Assembly (NCBI RefSeq): GCF_006345805.1
Contig: NC_043006.1
Coordinates: forward strand, 85,932,001 to 85,996,000
Source: Octopus sinensis
Taxonomy: Eukaryota
Direction: 5' to 3'
Length of the DNA: 64,000 nucleotides
The notes beneath the pieces were generated by a model. That model searched no databases. It was given only the letters and a program-made list of their open reading frames with translations, and was not told the DNA's origin. The translations under genes and the position numbers were made by a program. This document shows positions 50,254 through 62,704 of this stretch, piece after piece; position 1 is the stretch's first letter, and every line of letters starts with the position of its first letter.

Positions 50254-50492
50254 TATATAAATTAGAGAAAAACCACTATTATGCAATTCAAACAATGATA
50301 GACATAAACCAAATCATAAATAAAAAATAAAATATATTTTAAAATATAACTATTTACTTATTATATATTGTTTATTCATTCTTGTACTTTTTGTGATCTA
50401 GTTATATGTTTTAAAATATATTTTATTTTTTATTTATGATTTGTCTATTATTGTTTGAATTGCATAATAGTGGTTTTTCTCTAATTTATATA
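50254..50492. repeat. AT-rich palindrome with arms of about 95 bp
   Basis: aattagagaaaaaccactattatgcaattcaaacaat... versus ...attgtttgaattgcataatagtggtttttctctaatt. Confidence 0.85.
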
Positions 50493-50513
50493 TTTATATG
50501 TATGTATGTATGT

Positions 50514-50719
50514 ACTTGTTTCAGTCATTTGACTGCAGCCATGCTGGAGCACCGTCTTCTTAGTTGAGCAAATCGACCCCAGGACTTATTCTTTGTAAGC
50601 CTGGTACTTATTCTATTGGTCTCTTTTGCCGAACTGCTAAGTAACGGGGATGTAAACATACCAGCATCGGTTGTCAAGCGATGTTGGGGGGACAAACACA
50701 GACACACAAACATACACAC

Positions 50720-50757
<38 letters not shown>

Positions 50758-50897
50758 GACAGGCTTCTTTCAGTCTCCGTCTACCAAATCCACTCACAAG
50801 GCTTTGGTCGACCCGAGGCTATAGTAGAAGACACTTTCCCAAGGTGCCACGCAGTGGGACTCAACCCGGAACCAAGTGGTTGGTAAGCAAGCCACTG
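50514..50897 (-). mobile_element. SINE family A copy
   Basis: Reverse complement of the family A sequence. Confidence 0.85.
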
Positions 50898-51034
50898 TAT
50901 ATAATTTAGAGAAAATCTCTATTAAACAATTCAATAAAGAAAGATGTTATTCACACTATATAGAAAACATATACTATAAAAAAAATCTTAATCTAAAAAT
51001 CAATAAAGTACAATAAATAGTAAATAGTAGTAAA

Positions 51035-51155
51035 AAGACTTCACGCGTTTCATGGCTATATTTTCAAATAGATAATAAAAATAAAATCAATTCGATTTAA
51101 AATTAAATTGAACCTAAATTAATTCTATTTAAAAATATAGTCACTCATCAGGTCT
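51035..51155 (-). ncRNA. Degenerate hammerhead-like motif (PLE type, GAAACGCGT)
   Basis: Minus strand: agac CTGATGA gtgactatatttttaaatag...ctatttgaaaatatagccat GAAA CGCGT gaagtc. It has a stem II of about 20 bp, but the cleavage site and stem I junction are disrupted. Confidence 0.45.
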
Positions 51156-52263
51156 ATGATAATAAATAATTAAAAAAAATAATAAAATAAATATATAAAA
51201 ATACATGTATTAACTATAAATAATCGAAAAGCATTTAACAATATTTCTTAAAATAAAAATATAACTTATCGAAGTATTTTCATTAACAAAATATTTAAAC
51301 GTAAAATGTAGAACTTAGTGTTTATAAGAAATATATCACGTGAAAATATGGCATAAATAGAATTTATAGAAGAAATAGATAGAAATATGTATTTAAGCTA
51401 TTAAAATTACAAATGTATTTTAGTTGTAAAAATAAGGAAAAAAATTAACTTTAATATAACCATTAACTGAAAAAATTGTAAAGTCTAAGTAATTTAAATA
51501 CTAGATATGTAAAATATATAATATAATAAACATAAATTAAGCTAAAATTCTATAATTGATTCTCATATTTGGTTTCATAAAAGGAAATCACAGTATGCAA
51601 AATGAGACTGAGCAAAAGTGGAGGCCAGGAGGATTATGGCATTTGGATTTGAATACTGCAAAGTTTGAAGGATCCAAAACTACATTCCACAATCATTTCT
51701 TTATTGGTGATGCGTGCTCCTACAGAAGTTGATGACAATTGTTACACTTAAGTGTCCCAGATTGATTGATGTAACGGAAAGACAATGTAATTGCTTAAGT
51801 ATTATCTTCTTTTCCAAAGTGGATGAACTCAAAATATTTTCCTCCTTTCATAGGATATTAGGATATATTTAGTAGGATAGTAGTATATATAAGACATTTT
51901 TTCCTCCTTTAGTAGGATAACAGGATATTTCTTTTGGTTTTTCACTCACTTATGGATCACAGGTTAGAGTTCCCTCTTATCATCTACTCTGCTGAATCTC
52001 AGTTAACTGTCAAAATTCCCCCCCCCCTCTCTCTCTTTCACTCACTCACCCATAAAATATTATATAATCCAATATATATTTTTTTCATTTTGTATTTTTA
52101 TTCTTTTGAAAATGTCTATAGAAACACACTCTTACTTGATATGGAAACTAATGGGAAAATTAATTTCTTGTAACAGAATTTTGGGTTACGGTCAGAATTT
52201 AAGGTACCCATTACTTCAGCAAAGCGAGAGATTCCTGTACACCACACCCACACACACACACTC

Positions 52264-52626
52264 TTTTATTCTGTTACTTGTTTCAGTCATTTGACTGTGG
52301 CCATGCTGGAGCACTACCTTTAATTGAAGACATTGATCCCAGGACTTATTCTTTGTAAGCCTAGTACGTATTCTATCAGTCACTTTTGCCAAACCGCTAA
52401 GTTACAGGGACGTAAACACACCAGCATTGATTGTCAAGTGATGTTGTGGGACAAACACAGACACACAAACATACACACATGCACATATATATACCATCTA
52501 CCAAATCCACTCACAAGGCTTTGGTCAGCCTGAGGCGATAGTAGAAGAAACTTGCTCAAGGTGCCACGCAGTGGAACTGAACTCGGAACCATGTGGTTGG
52601 TAAGCAACCTACTTACCACACAGGCA
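52264..52626 (-). mobile_element. SINE family A copy
   Basis: Reverse complement of the family A sequence. Confidence 0.8.
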
Positions 52627-52858
52627 ACGTATATAGATAGATTGACAGACAGACAGGTAGACAGGCAGACAGACAAACAGACAGACAGATAGATAGATAA
52701 ATAAGACAAATGCACAAACAGAAAAGCAGGCAGACAAACACTGAGATACAGCCTGATAAACAAATGGATAGATAGAATGATAGACATCCAGGTAGATAGG
52801 TGGATAGAAAGATAGAGAGACAGAGAGAGATAACTGATAGATAAATAGACAGACAGAC

Positions 52859-52925
<67 letters not shown>
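52625..52925. repeat. (GATA/GACA)n microsatellite
   Basis: Read directly from the sequence. Confidence 0.95.
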
Positions 52926-52926
<1 letters not shown>

Positions 52927-53904
52927 GTAGGTACTTATGTATATGCAAGTACAGTCAATTCTGTTCAAATGCTTACCGGTTAATTGCATAATTCGTTTAA
53001 TTGAACGCTTTGAAATAACAAAACTTCATCAAATTCATGTAATCTCTGATCTGTTATTTACATAAGCAAGTCAATTTTTGCTAATCGTATATGATTTTTT
53101 TCTGCAATTTTGTGTGAAGAATTAGCAAAATATAACATAAAACCAAATATTTATTTAATTTGATATCTATAAAATGATTCCGGAAGCTTCTGTTTCATTA
53201 TGAGTTAAGATAGCAGAAGACAATTCTTCATGTTTACAAACCAATCTTATGGAATGATTTAAATGTGATCAAGTAATTCTGAAAGACTAATGACATTCAG
53301 ATTCTGGTGTATTTAAAAAATTTTTTTTTTAATCTTTTACCTTTTACTTGTTTTATTCATTGCACTGTGGCCATGCTGGGGCACCACCCTGAAGGGCTTA
53401 GTCAAACAAATCAACCCTGACACTTATTTTTTAAAGTCTGGTACTTATTTTATCTGTCTCTTATGCCAAACCACTAAGTTTCGGCAATGCAAACAAACCA
53501 ATACCCGTTGTCAAGTGGTGGTGAGGGGTAAATACAACACACACACACATGAAGATTTTCTTTTAGTTTCCACTTACCAAATCCACTCACAAGACTTTAG
53601 TTAGCCTAGGGCTATACTAGGAGGCACAGTGCTGTGCAGTGTGACTGAACCCAAGATGACAAAGTTGGGAAGTAAAATCTTTAACGACACAGCCACACCT
53701 CAGACCATAAGAATTTAGAAACTTCAAAAGATACACACATACATTTTACATGGTGAAACTCAAAGTAGATAAAGCTTTGAATGATAATGTTTAGAACATT
53801 AGGCTAGAAAATTCTTTGGCTGGAAGAAGCTGAAGGCTGCCCATGAGACTCAAACCCACATCTTCTGTAAACATAACAAACCTTCTAACATTATATCAAA
53901 GCAA

Positions 53905-54290
53905 CTCTTTGAAGGCTGATCTCAAAATGCTGAACTTTATAAAGGAGATGACAAAGGACTAAAATATGTGATGCATTGCTGTGCTTAAGAAGACATCCCA
54001 GAATTGAGATCCTAAAACCAAGGTGCCACTAAAAATCACTGGTCTAAGTGTTGGTACCATATAAAAAGCTGTGGTACTGGTGCCACGTAAAAAAGCACTT
54101 GTGATGGTGCCATGTTAAAAGCACCCAATAAACACTCTTTGGAGTGGTTGGCATTAGGAAGGGCATCCAGCCATAGAAACCAATCAAAAACAAACTATGG
54201 AACCAGATGTGAGCCCTGGCCTTGTCAGTTCCTGTTAAGCTATCCAACCCATGCCTGTATGGAAAACAAGTATTAAATGTTGATGACGAT
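53905..54290 (+). mobile_element. Second RTE 3'-end copy, related to 61321-61760
   Basis: Shares aggctgatctcaaaa, aaggagatgaca and gagatcctaaaaccaaggtg with the 61.3 kb copy and has the same tail. Confidence 0.65.
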
Positions 54291-54899
54291 ACTTTAGAAG
54301 CTTTGTTCCTACCACTGAGAATCATATGTTGTTTACATGATAAGAACTTAGAAACATTGAAAACTATGAAATAAATTGTCTTTTAACAGTGAAACTCAGA
54401 ATAGATAAATGACTTATTTTACATCTTTAGAAGTTTTTAAAATCATATGAGATGAGCAACATATGATTCTCGCTGGTAAGGATAAAGTTTCTAAAGCAGA
54501 TGGAGGAAATTTGAAGGGTTGCTTTAGTATAATGGCAGAACATCTGTCATGATCAGAGAAAATGTAGGTTTGAGTCCTACAGGAAGACTTTGGACTTTTT
54601 CAATCCAAAGAGTTTCCTCATCTACATGATAGTTTTTTTAATTGCTTGACAATTCAATAAATGAATTTTTATAGTAAACAGATCAGTGTAAATGGGGTAA
54701 ATGAAGGTATGATTAAAATGTTGTCTTCTGACTAGTCTTTGAGAGTAGTACCTTAGAATAAGAAATGATCTGAATTATGATGACCTGTCAAACTTATCAA
54801 TGTTTGGAAAATGGGCATACATGAGAGCGTGCCATTACTGTTTGTATGTATGGGAAGTAAAAGAGGACTCTTATAAAAAATATGGTTTATTCTCAAGTT

Positions 54900-55390
54900 A
54901 TAAATGACTAAAATATTTCATTTCAATAATTTGCTAAATTGATTTGATTTGTTTTGTTGTGCTGAATATGCATATTGATCCAGATGTGTTTTCCACTGTT
55001 TCGAAGTAGTCCTGGAATTCTTGTGAAGTGATGCTTTTTAACATCTTGGTTTTAACATCTTCCACATTTTTCATTCGGGGGAACAAAAAAAAGTTGCAGG
55101 GAGTAAGATTGGGTGAATAGGGAGGGTGGATAAGTGGGGACATGCCATTTTTGGTCAAAAACTGTCTCACACTCAAGGCAGTGTGTACAGGTGCATTATC
55201 GTGATGAAACCACCACTCTCCACTTTTCCACAGGTCATGGTATTTTTATCTCAGCGCATCTCATAAACACTTTAATACTGCCAAGTAAAATTTTTGGTTT
55301 AAGTTTGACCAGGAGGAACAAATCCTTTGTGGACAATTCCTTTCGCATTCATGAAACAAACCAGCATCATCTTAATAATGGACTTCATTT
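54900..55390 (-). mobile_element. Mariner transposase 3' fragment
   Basis: Translation SVRQFLTKNG...HPPYSPNLTPCNFFLFPRMK. No second TIR was recognised. Confidence 0.75.
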
Positions 55391-55405
55391 GACACACACA
55401 CACGC

Positions 55406-55456
<51 letters not shown>

Positions 55457-55617
55457 AATGTATGTGTTATTTTTCAATGTGTACAAATAACACGGAAAAA
55501 ATAAATAAATAGTTATCAGGGTAGCAAAAGTTCACATAAGTGCCAAAAATGTTGCAGCTTACTTGTAAAGGTAGAAATTGCAGGGTTAAGTGAAATGTTT
55601 TTGTGTAACATATATAA

Positions 55618-56394
55618 ATTAAGAAATGGAGTTAAACACAGGTGTTATTCAAATCTTTATACCTCCGACATATGTTTCAAAGAAAATATTGATATTATTC
55701 CAGAGGGAATAAAATGATGTAAAACAATGTAATTATCTTGTCAGGAAAAAAAAAAGAGAAACAAAACACATCAATAAGTCATTTTAACTGAATGTGATTA
55801 TCGCGTATATGATGAAGTCAATGCAGGCAAGTTATTTTTTAAAAAACCATTAACAGATTTAATGTCAAAGGCAATTTAGAGAAAGAGGAGGAGAGAGAAA
55901 GAAATTAACAGAAAATTAAGAGTGGAGAAATATACTGTGATAGATGAATGGGAATAAAGCTTAAAAGCATGGAAATAGATATATTTAGTGGAAATGAAAT
56001 GTAAAACGACAGTTAAAGGTTGAATTTTATAGATTGGTAGAAATTACTTATAGAAAGGTATGTTTTTGCCAATGTTTGCAATGATAAACATGTTCTTTAA
56101 ATGTGTTTACAAGAGAATTCTCCAAGAACAGAATGAGATATTGTTCTTCATTACACAGCAGACAAAAGATTTACCTTTATCATATGGAAAGGATTTAGAT
56201 AGAATATTTCATAATAAACAATTTGATTTGGAATTTGATTAAAATGTATTGTGTTTCTCTTTTTTTCCTTGATGAGATGATTGCATTGTTTTACATCATT
56301 TTATTCCTTCCAGAATAATATCAATGTTTTCTTCGAAATATATGTCAGAAGTATAAAGAATTGAATAACACCTGCGGTTAACTCCATTCCTTAA
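55618..56394 (-). mobile_element. 5'-truncated Penelope-like element with inverted terminal (pLTR) copies
   Basis: Inverted arms of about 150 bp (55618-55770 and 56243-56394). The interior encodes (W)NILSKSFPYDKGKS / CLLCNEEQYLIL...LVN..KE...CKH..K, the PLE C-terminal CxxC...CxH pattern, across a 1-nt frameshift. Confidence 0.75.
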
Positions 56395-56445
56395 TCTATC
56401 TATCTATCTACCTAACTATACATACATACACACATACATATACAT

Positions 56446-56532
<87 letters not shown>

Positions 56533-56539
56533 TACACAC

Positions 56540-56795
56540 ATTATTTAGATTATTTACAATTGATGGATATTTGTCTTCATCTTGCTTGTTGTTAACACAA
56601 CATTTCAGCTATACCCTCTAGCCTTCATCAGGTGTCTTTAGGAATGAGAACCAGGTTTGAAATTTCCCCAAGACACTTGATGAAGGTTGGAGGGTATATC
56701 AGCTGAAACGTGTTAACAACAAACAAGATGAGGACAAATATACATCAATTGTAAATAATGTACATAATTCCTTATCTCTTAAATATAGAACTGTA
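56540..56795. mobile_element. Fold-back PLE-LTR-like element with a minimal hammerhead motif in each arm
   Basis: Inverted arms of about 100 bp around 56640-56670. Each arm reads gacac(C/T)TGATGAaggytg..ca/agctGAAAy-gt. It is flanked by (TA)n. Confidence 0.7.
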
Positions 56796-56799
56796 TATA

Positions 56800-57740
56800 T
56801 ATATATATATTTATAATAAGAGTAGATCGTGTACGAGTGGGTATATATTTGTAAAAAAGAAGTTTGAAAACGCCACTATATTATATCAATTTTAATTTTC
56901 TTATGAATTTTACATCTTGAAAAAACGAACCTTATCAAAAATATTTTAAAAAGTAAAGTGTAATAGAAAAGTTCATGATTGTTTCTTACTGGTCTCAATA
57001 GAATCCATGTGGTGGTGTTTTGTCGGTAGTAGGTATAATAGCTATAAATTTCAAGTTGAGTGTAGTAAAGAAGTTCATTATTGTTTCTTGCTGGTATCAA
57101 CGGGATCCACGTGGCTGTTTTTTAGCTTTCTTGTGTTAGAATGACCCGCGACTGAAATGGTAGCAGCAGTAGCGATTGTTAGTTGTAGTAGTAGTAACCG
57201 TGGTGGTGTTTGGGGTTGCAGCAGCTCAGCTGTGGCAGTGGGATGACCAGTGGCTGAGATGGCAGTAGTAGCAGTTACTGTTGGTCGTAGTAGTGGTAAC
57301 CGTGGTGGTGGTTGGGGTTGTAGCAGTTTAGCTGTGGCCGTAGTAGCAGAAGCAGTAGTGGAGGACTGTTGATCGTAGCAGCAATAGTAGTGACCACGAT
57401 GGTTGTAGTAGCAGTGATAGTGGAAGCAGTCGTAGTGATCGTGGTGGTTGTGGTAGAATTCCATTTTTCTTTTCGGAAGACCAATGTTTTGTTTTAATAT
57501 TCTTGGCCCAGGGTGTTCAAACTTGGTCTAAATTTTTTAATGAAATAAAGTTCTTTATTTTGGCGTTGAGTGAAGGTTATGCTGTCACTGAATTTGTTGT
57601 AAATTTCGGACTTTTATTTGAAGCACATCTATCTATGTGTCCGCTGACTGGTATTTTCCGGTATTCAGGGTTTCTAATTTGGGATCTATGCACCGCCATC
57701 CTTTTACGTAAGCTGTTTTTTGTATGGCCTATATACTGCC
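56800..57740 (-). mobile_element. Penelope-like element 3' portion with a GIY-YIG endonuclease remnant
   Basis: QYIGHTKNSLRKRMAVHRSQIRNPEYRKIPVSGHIDRCA, then after a frameshift QRQNKELYFIKKFRPSLN...EY*. It is cut at the 5' side by a SINE at about 57754. Confidence 0.8.
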
Positions 57741-57753
57741 TATATATATATAT

Positions 57754-58062
57754 GTGGAGGCGCAATGGCCCAGTGGTTAGGACAGCGGACTCACGGTTGT
57801 AGGATCGTGGTTTCGATTCCCAGACTGGGCGTTGTGAGAGTTTATTGAGCAAAAACACCTTAAAAGCACCACGAGGCTCCGGCAGGGGGTGGTGATCTCT
57901 GCTGTACTCTTTCACCACTCTTTCTTTCACTCTTTCTTCTGTTGGCCTGCTCGCTTAGCCAGCAGGGTGGCGTCATTCGAAAGGCTAAAACAATGTGAAC
58001 GCATTGTGACCAGCGATGTGTAACAACATCTGATGGTCTGGTCGGTCATGTGGTCACGTGAT
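57754..58062 (+). mobile_element. SINE family D copy inserted in a TA run at the PLE truncation point
   Basis: Collinear with 47459-47752. Confidence 0.85.
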
Positions 58063-59127
58063 ATATATATATATACATACATCATCATCATCATCCAGTG
58101 TTTTAAATCCAGGTTTTGTCCCTGCTAATGGGGGTGGCCAGATCTACCTCAATGCCATAGCAACTGAGGTAGGCAGGTGCAACCCACCCCAACCTTTAGG
58201 CTGGCTGGTGTCCGTTCCCCTTTGCTATTATGAGGCTTTTTTGAAGCTGGATTTTCTATGGAGAGTATACCCTTAATTAACCCCAACCTCTGTTTCTAGA
58301 CATGAGTGGTCCCGAGACCAAGGCCTCTACCATGATTTTTGAGAAATGTGGTTGAAAACTAGCTCAGGAAGGCGGGACACTACTCTCAGAGACCCCTTTT
58401 GGAGTCCTTTCCTATGTGTATCTATCTATCTATATATATATATATATAAATGTATGTATTCATATAAATATGTCTGTCTTCAGATTGTCTTTGCACAGGG
58501 ATCTTCCAGACTCCTGCCTTTGCTGTGAACATGGGCTCAACTCTCCTCCTCTCCTCTCTTGCTCTGAGACCTACTTCCTCTCTTCACTCCTATCCACATT
58601 CTCTCTTCAATGATACCCCCTCCATCCACACCTTACACCCACACACCCCTAACATATACCCCCACAGCCCCGTCCCACCCCACCCTATCGCCACATTGCA
58701 TCACACCACTCCACACACACCAGCACTGACCACTTCCCAGTACCCACACCACACACCATCATCTGCAGACCCACACACCATCATCCACACACACATCCAT
58801 ACATCTAAGACATTAGCCCCTATCCACACACACACACACTTACACATTCTCACATACACACATGCATGTGCACCTTTGTTTTGGGATCACCAATACTTTA
58901 TCATCTCCCCTTCTTTCTACCTCTCCTGTCAAACCTCTCTTTTCCCAACCAGTTGCCATGCTTGATCACTAAATCTACAAGTTTTTTTATTCTCTCTCTG
59001 TTTGTATTCTGTTATTCCTTGGATTGAAACGTAAAAGGCTTTCTCAATTTCCCAAATGCCAAATACCCCTGCTTGTTGTTCATACACCTGTCTTTGTCTT
59101 TTGTTTTTCTGTAAATTTCAACTATCT

Positions 59128-59142
59128 ATATGTATGTATATA

Positions 59143-59198
<56 letters not shown>

Positions 59199-59222
59199 TG
59201 TATGTGTGTGTGTGTGTGTGCG

Positions 59223-59259
<37 letters not shown>

Positions 59260-59260
59260 A
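59128..59260. repeat. (TA)n-(GT)n microsatellite
   Basis: Read directly from the sequence. Confidence 0.95.
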
Positions 59261-59300
59261 TACACCCACCACCATCACATGTATGTGTATATATATAATA

Positions 59301-60569
59301 TTGGGTCATCCTATAAATAATGGAGTTTTTTCAATTCCATGAACTAAAAGTCTGAGAGAACAGGATAAACTACCTGCATCAACTTGCTATAAAAGCAGGT
59401 AGTAATTTACCTTTTATTCTTAGTGCAAGTTTTGAAGAGTGAAGTTCGATTTTAACAATTATTTTTTCAAAGCTCTAATGGAAGTGACAACGGTGCATAT
59501 TCAGCATATTTTGCTTATTGAGTTTAAAGGCAACAACACAACCGAAAGTGTGAAGAATATTAATGCAGTATATGGGGATCGGACAGTAAGCGTAAGCCAG
59601 TGTCAACAGTGGTTCCAGAAATTCAGAGCTGGAAACTACAGCCTGGAAGATGAGCTTTTCCTGGAAAATCTGTAGAGCTCAATGAGGATGTCCTGTAAAT
59701 TCTGGTGGAACAAAATCTCATTTTAACTGTTGAGGAACTAGCAGAGAAGCTTGGGTTTGGTCTTTCAACCATTTATCAACACCTGTGTACCATCAGAAAA
59801 GTCATTGAATTGGGTCAATGGTCTCCTCACAAACTTTCTGAGTCTAATTGCATGAATGTGTGCTCGTCTTTGCTGTCACATCTCATGAATGAACCATTTT
59901 TGGACCAAATAGTGATTGGTGACAAGAAATGGGATCTCTATAAAAATGTCAAGCACCAAAGACAGTGGGCAAGGAAAGGAGAAACACTGGCACCCCAGGC
60001 TAAAGAAGGTCTTCACACATGTAAGGTATTGTTATCTGTTAGGTGGGTTATGAAAGGTTTAGTCTACTTTGAAGTTTTATACCCAAACCAAATGATAACA
60101 AAGGAGATCTACTGCGAGCAGCTTGAGTGACTTAAGTCAGCGCTAGAAGAAAAACGACCATCTTTGGTTTCAAGACGAAAGGTCGTCTTCCATCAAGACA
60201 ATGCTTGGCCACATACAGTGAGGATGACATTCCAAAGGCTGGTGCAGTTTGAATGGGAAACAATGCCCCACCCACCATATTTGCTGGACATTGCCCCATC
60301 TGATTACCATTTATTCCGCATTCTACAAAATCATTTGGACGGAAAAAATGTGAATTCTGTAGACAAGGTGGGAACAGTACTGGAGGAGTATTTTTTGTCA
60401 CGGACAAGTGAATTTTGGAAGAAGAGCCTTGCAAGTCTACCAGATAGATAGAAGAGCATTGGGGAAAATGAAGGGAAGTATATTTTAGATTAAGGAGAAC
60501 TTTGTTTATCTTACTTTTGAAAAATACAAGAAATATAAAAAAACCCAGATTATTTATGGAATAACCCAA
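59301..60569 (+). mobile_element. Full-length decayed mariner (D,D34D) transposon
   Basis: TIRs ttgggtcatcc...ttt / aaa...taacccaa flanked by TA on both sides, total 1269 bp. Transposase motifs in shifted frames: WSPHKL, GDKKW, QDNAWPH, HPPYLLDIAPSDYHLF, with 34 residues between the last two Asp. Confidence 0.92.
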
Positions 60570-61320
60570 TACTTATAAATAAAACATTTAAAATGCTATA
60601 CTGATCATTAAAACTTGGAGTTGTTTCCAGTTAAAGCGTTGACTATCCATGGAGTTAGCTTCTTACAAATTAATTGTTTCTCTTTAGTATATGTCTAACT
60701 ATGTCTAATTTGTCAGCATTTCTCAAAATGACTTTATGCAAACATTACACTAAACAGGTTTCTCAGCTAAGAGAATAAAGAGATGTTTATTTAAAGCACT
60801 TTTTGTACGAGAAAGATTTCTTGCAAATTTTGCAGAAATTGAATTTAGTATTTGAGTAGATATTTAGTTGGTGCTGCTGTAATTCAATATGCGACAAGAA
60901 CATTTCACACAGATTTCACACTTAAATGGTTTCATGCCTGCATGTGTTAGTTTAGTATCAAACTGCTACAACTATAGTGTCTTTGACAAATATAACAGTT
61001 AAATAAGTTTTATCATTATGTATTTCTGTATTTCTTCATATCAAGCTTCTTAGTAAAATGCAGGTTACACACATCTTACTAGAATGGTTTTTCTCTTCAG
61101 TTTGAATTGACTTGTATTACAATAATTTCATGTTTTGAGGAAAATAAGTTTCTGGGACAGAAATTTTAAGTTGCTCTTCTAAATTAAGAAAATACTTTCC
61201 ATAAATTCTTTGAGAAGCGTAATTTCTTCCTTGTTACCATTGATGTTTGTTGGTTTTTTTCCTGGATGCCTCAAATTTGTGTGAAATTACTACCATCATT
61301 ACTCTCTTCATTTATTTGAA

Positions 61321-61760
61321 GTGGAGGGAAGTTGTGGAAGAGAGACCCAAGAAGACATGGGACAATGTATTAAAGGCTGATCTCAAAACACAGAACCTTA
61401 CTAAGGAGATGACAGGGAACTGAGATATGTGGCACATTGCTGTACTCGAGAAGACTCACTTTCCACAACAGAACTGAGATCCTAAAACCAAGGTGTCACA
61501 TAAAAAGCACTGGTGCTGGTGCAATGTAAAAAGTACTAGTGTTGATGACATGTAAAAAGCACGGGGGCTGGTACTTTGTAAAAAGCACCTTGTACACTCT
61601 GTGGAGTGATTGGTGTTAGGAAGGACATCCAGCCAAAGAAATCAAGCCAAAACAGCCTATGGAACCTGATATGGCCCCTGGCCTTGCCAATTCCTGTCAA
61701 ATTGTCAAAACCATGCCTGCATAGAAAATGGATGTTAAATGTTGATGATAATGATGATGA
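61321..61760 (+). mobile_element. RTE-clade LINE 3' end with 3'UTR and (GAT)n tail
   Basis: VEGSCGR.RPKKTWD.V.K.DL...LTKEMT is followed by the common aaaagcacc/ttaggaagg repeat and a gatgat tail. Confidence 0.7.
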
Positions 61761-62704
61761 TTGCTGATACCATTGTGGTTTGTGATTGTCATGGGATTCT
61801 TGATACTATTGTCTTTGAGTTTTGGGGCTAAAAATCCAAGAGAGGTTCTGTAACAGAAGTCACAGATGTATATGTCATTGAAATGTTGAAATATCAATGA
61901 GATCTATGTTTACAATTATATTTACAACTGCAATAGCTAAAATTGTAGATAGGCACAAGCAAGGCTGTGGGGTTACAAAGCTTAGTTTCCAACCTCATAA
62001 TTCTGGGTTCAGTCCCACTGCATGGCACCTTGGGCAAGTGTCTTCTACTATAGCTATAGTAGAGCCATGTGAGTGGATTAGGTAGATGGAAATTGAAAGA
62101 AGTCCATCATATGTGTGTGTATCAGTGAGTGACCCCCCACGACTGTTTGACAACCAATGCTGGTGTGTTTATGTCCCTGCAACATAGTGATTTGGCAAAG
62201 AGACTGATAGAATAAGTAGCAGGATTAAAGAAAAAGAAAATAAATACTGGGGTCAATTCATTTGACTAAAAATTCTTCAAGGCAATGCCTCAGCATGATA
62301 AGAGAAAAAAAAAATACATAAGTGAATGGGTGGAAAATAAAATGGTAATTTTGAAAGAAGTATGTGTAAGACTAGTTTTTAAACATCAAATAACAACGAG
62401 GGTCCACCAAAATAAAATAGTAATCAAAGGGGTCCATAGATAAAAAATGGTTGAGAGCCCCTGCTTTAGTAGACCTGCAAAGATTAACCTACTCAAGGTG
62501 AGTAGAAAAGAGGCTCCATGGGCACACTGTGGCACAAGGGACATTCTGAATGGCACACCAATGAAAAATTACCTTGAATTTATTTACTAATGCATCCCAC
62601 CTGACGATGAGACATGTCTTGTGCCACCTGCTTCTTGAAAAAGATTTCCCATAACTGCTTTATATGGTGGCTTGATCCTGCTGGAGATAGCAGTAAATTA
62701 TTGT

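Noticed and set aside
50900-51560. Possible mitochondrial insertion (very AT-rich)
   Set aside because: I found no recognisable mt rRNA, tRNA or protein motif. It is better explained as PLE-LTR-like sequence.
52950-53300. Possible pogo/Tigger-type terminus (tacagtcaattctg...)
   Set aside because: I found no partner TIR or transposase motif.
54500-54580. tRNA-like sequence
   Set aside because: It has degenerate A/B boxes without a cloverleaf and reads as an old SINE head. No true tRNA or rRNA gene was seen in the window.
62590-62672. Possible minus-strand exon (ctccag|...CAG|gtggga)
   Set aside because: The polypyrimidine tract is weak, the peptide is unrecognised and there are no partner exons.
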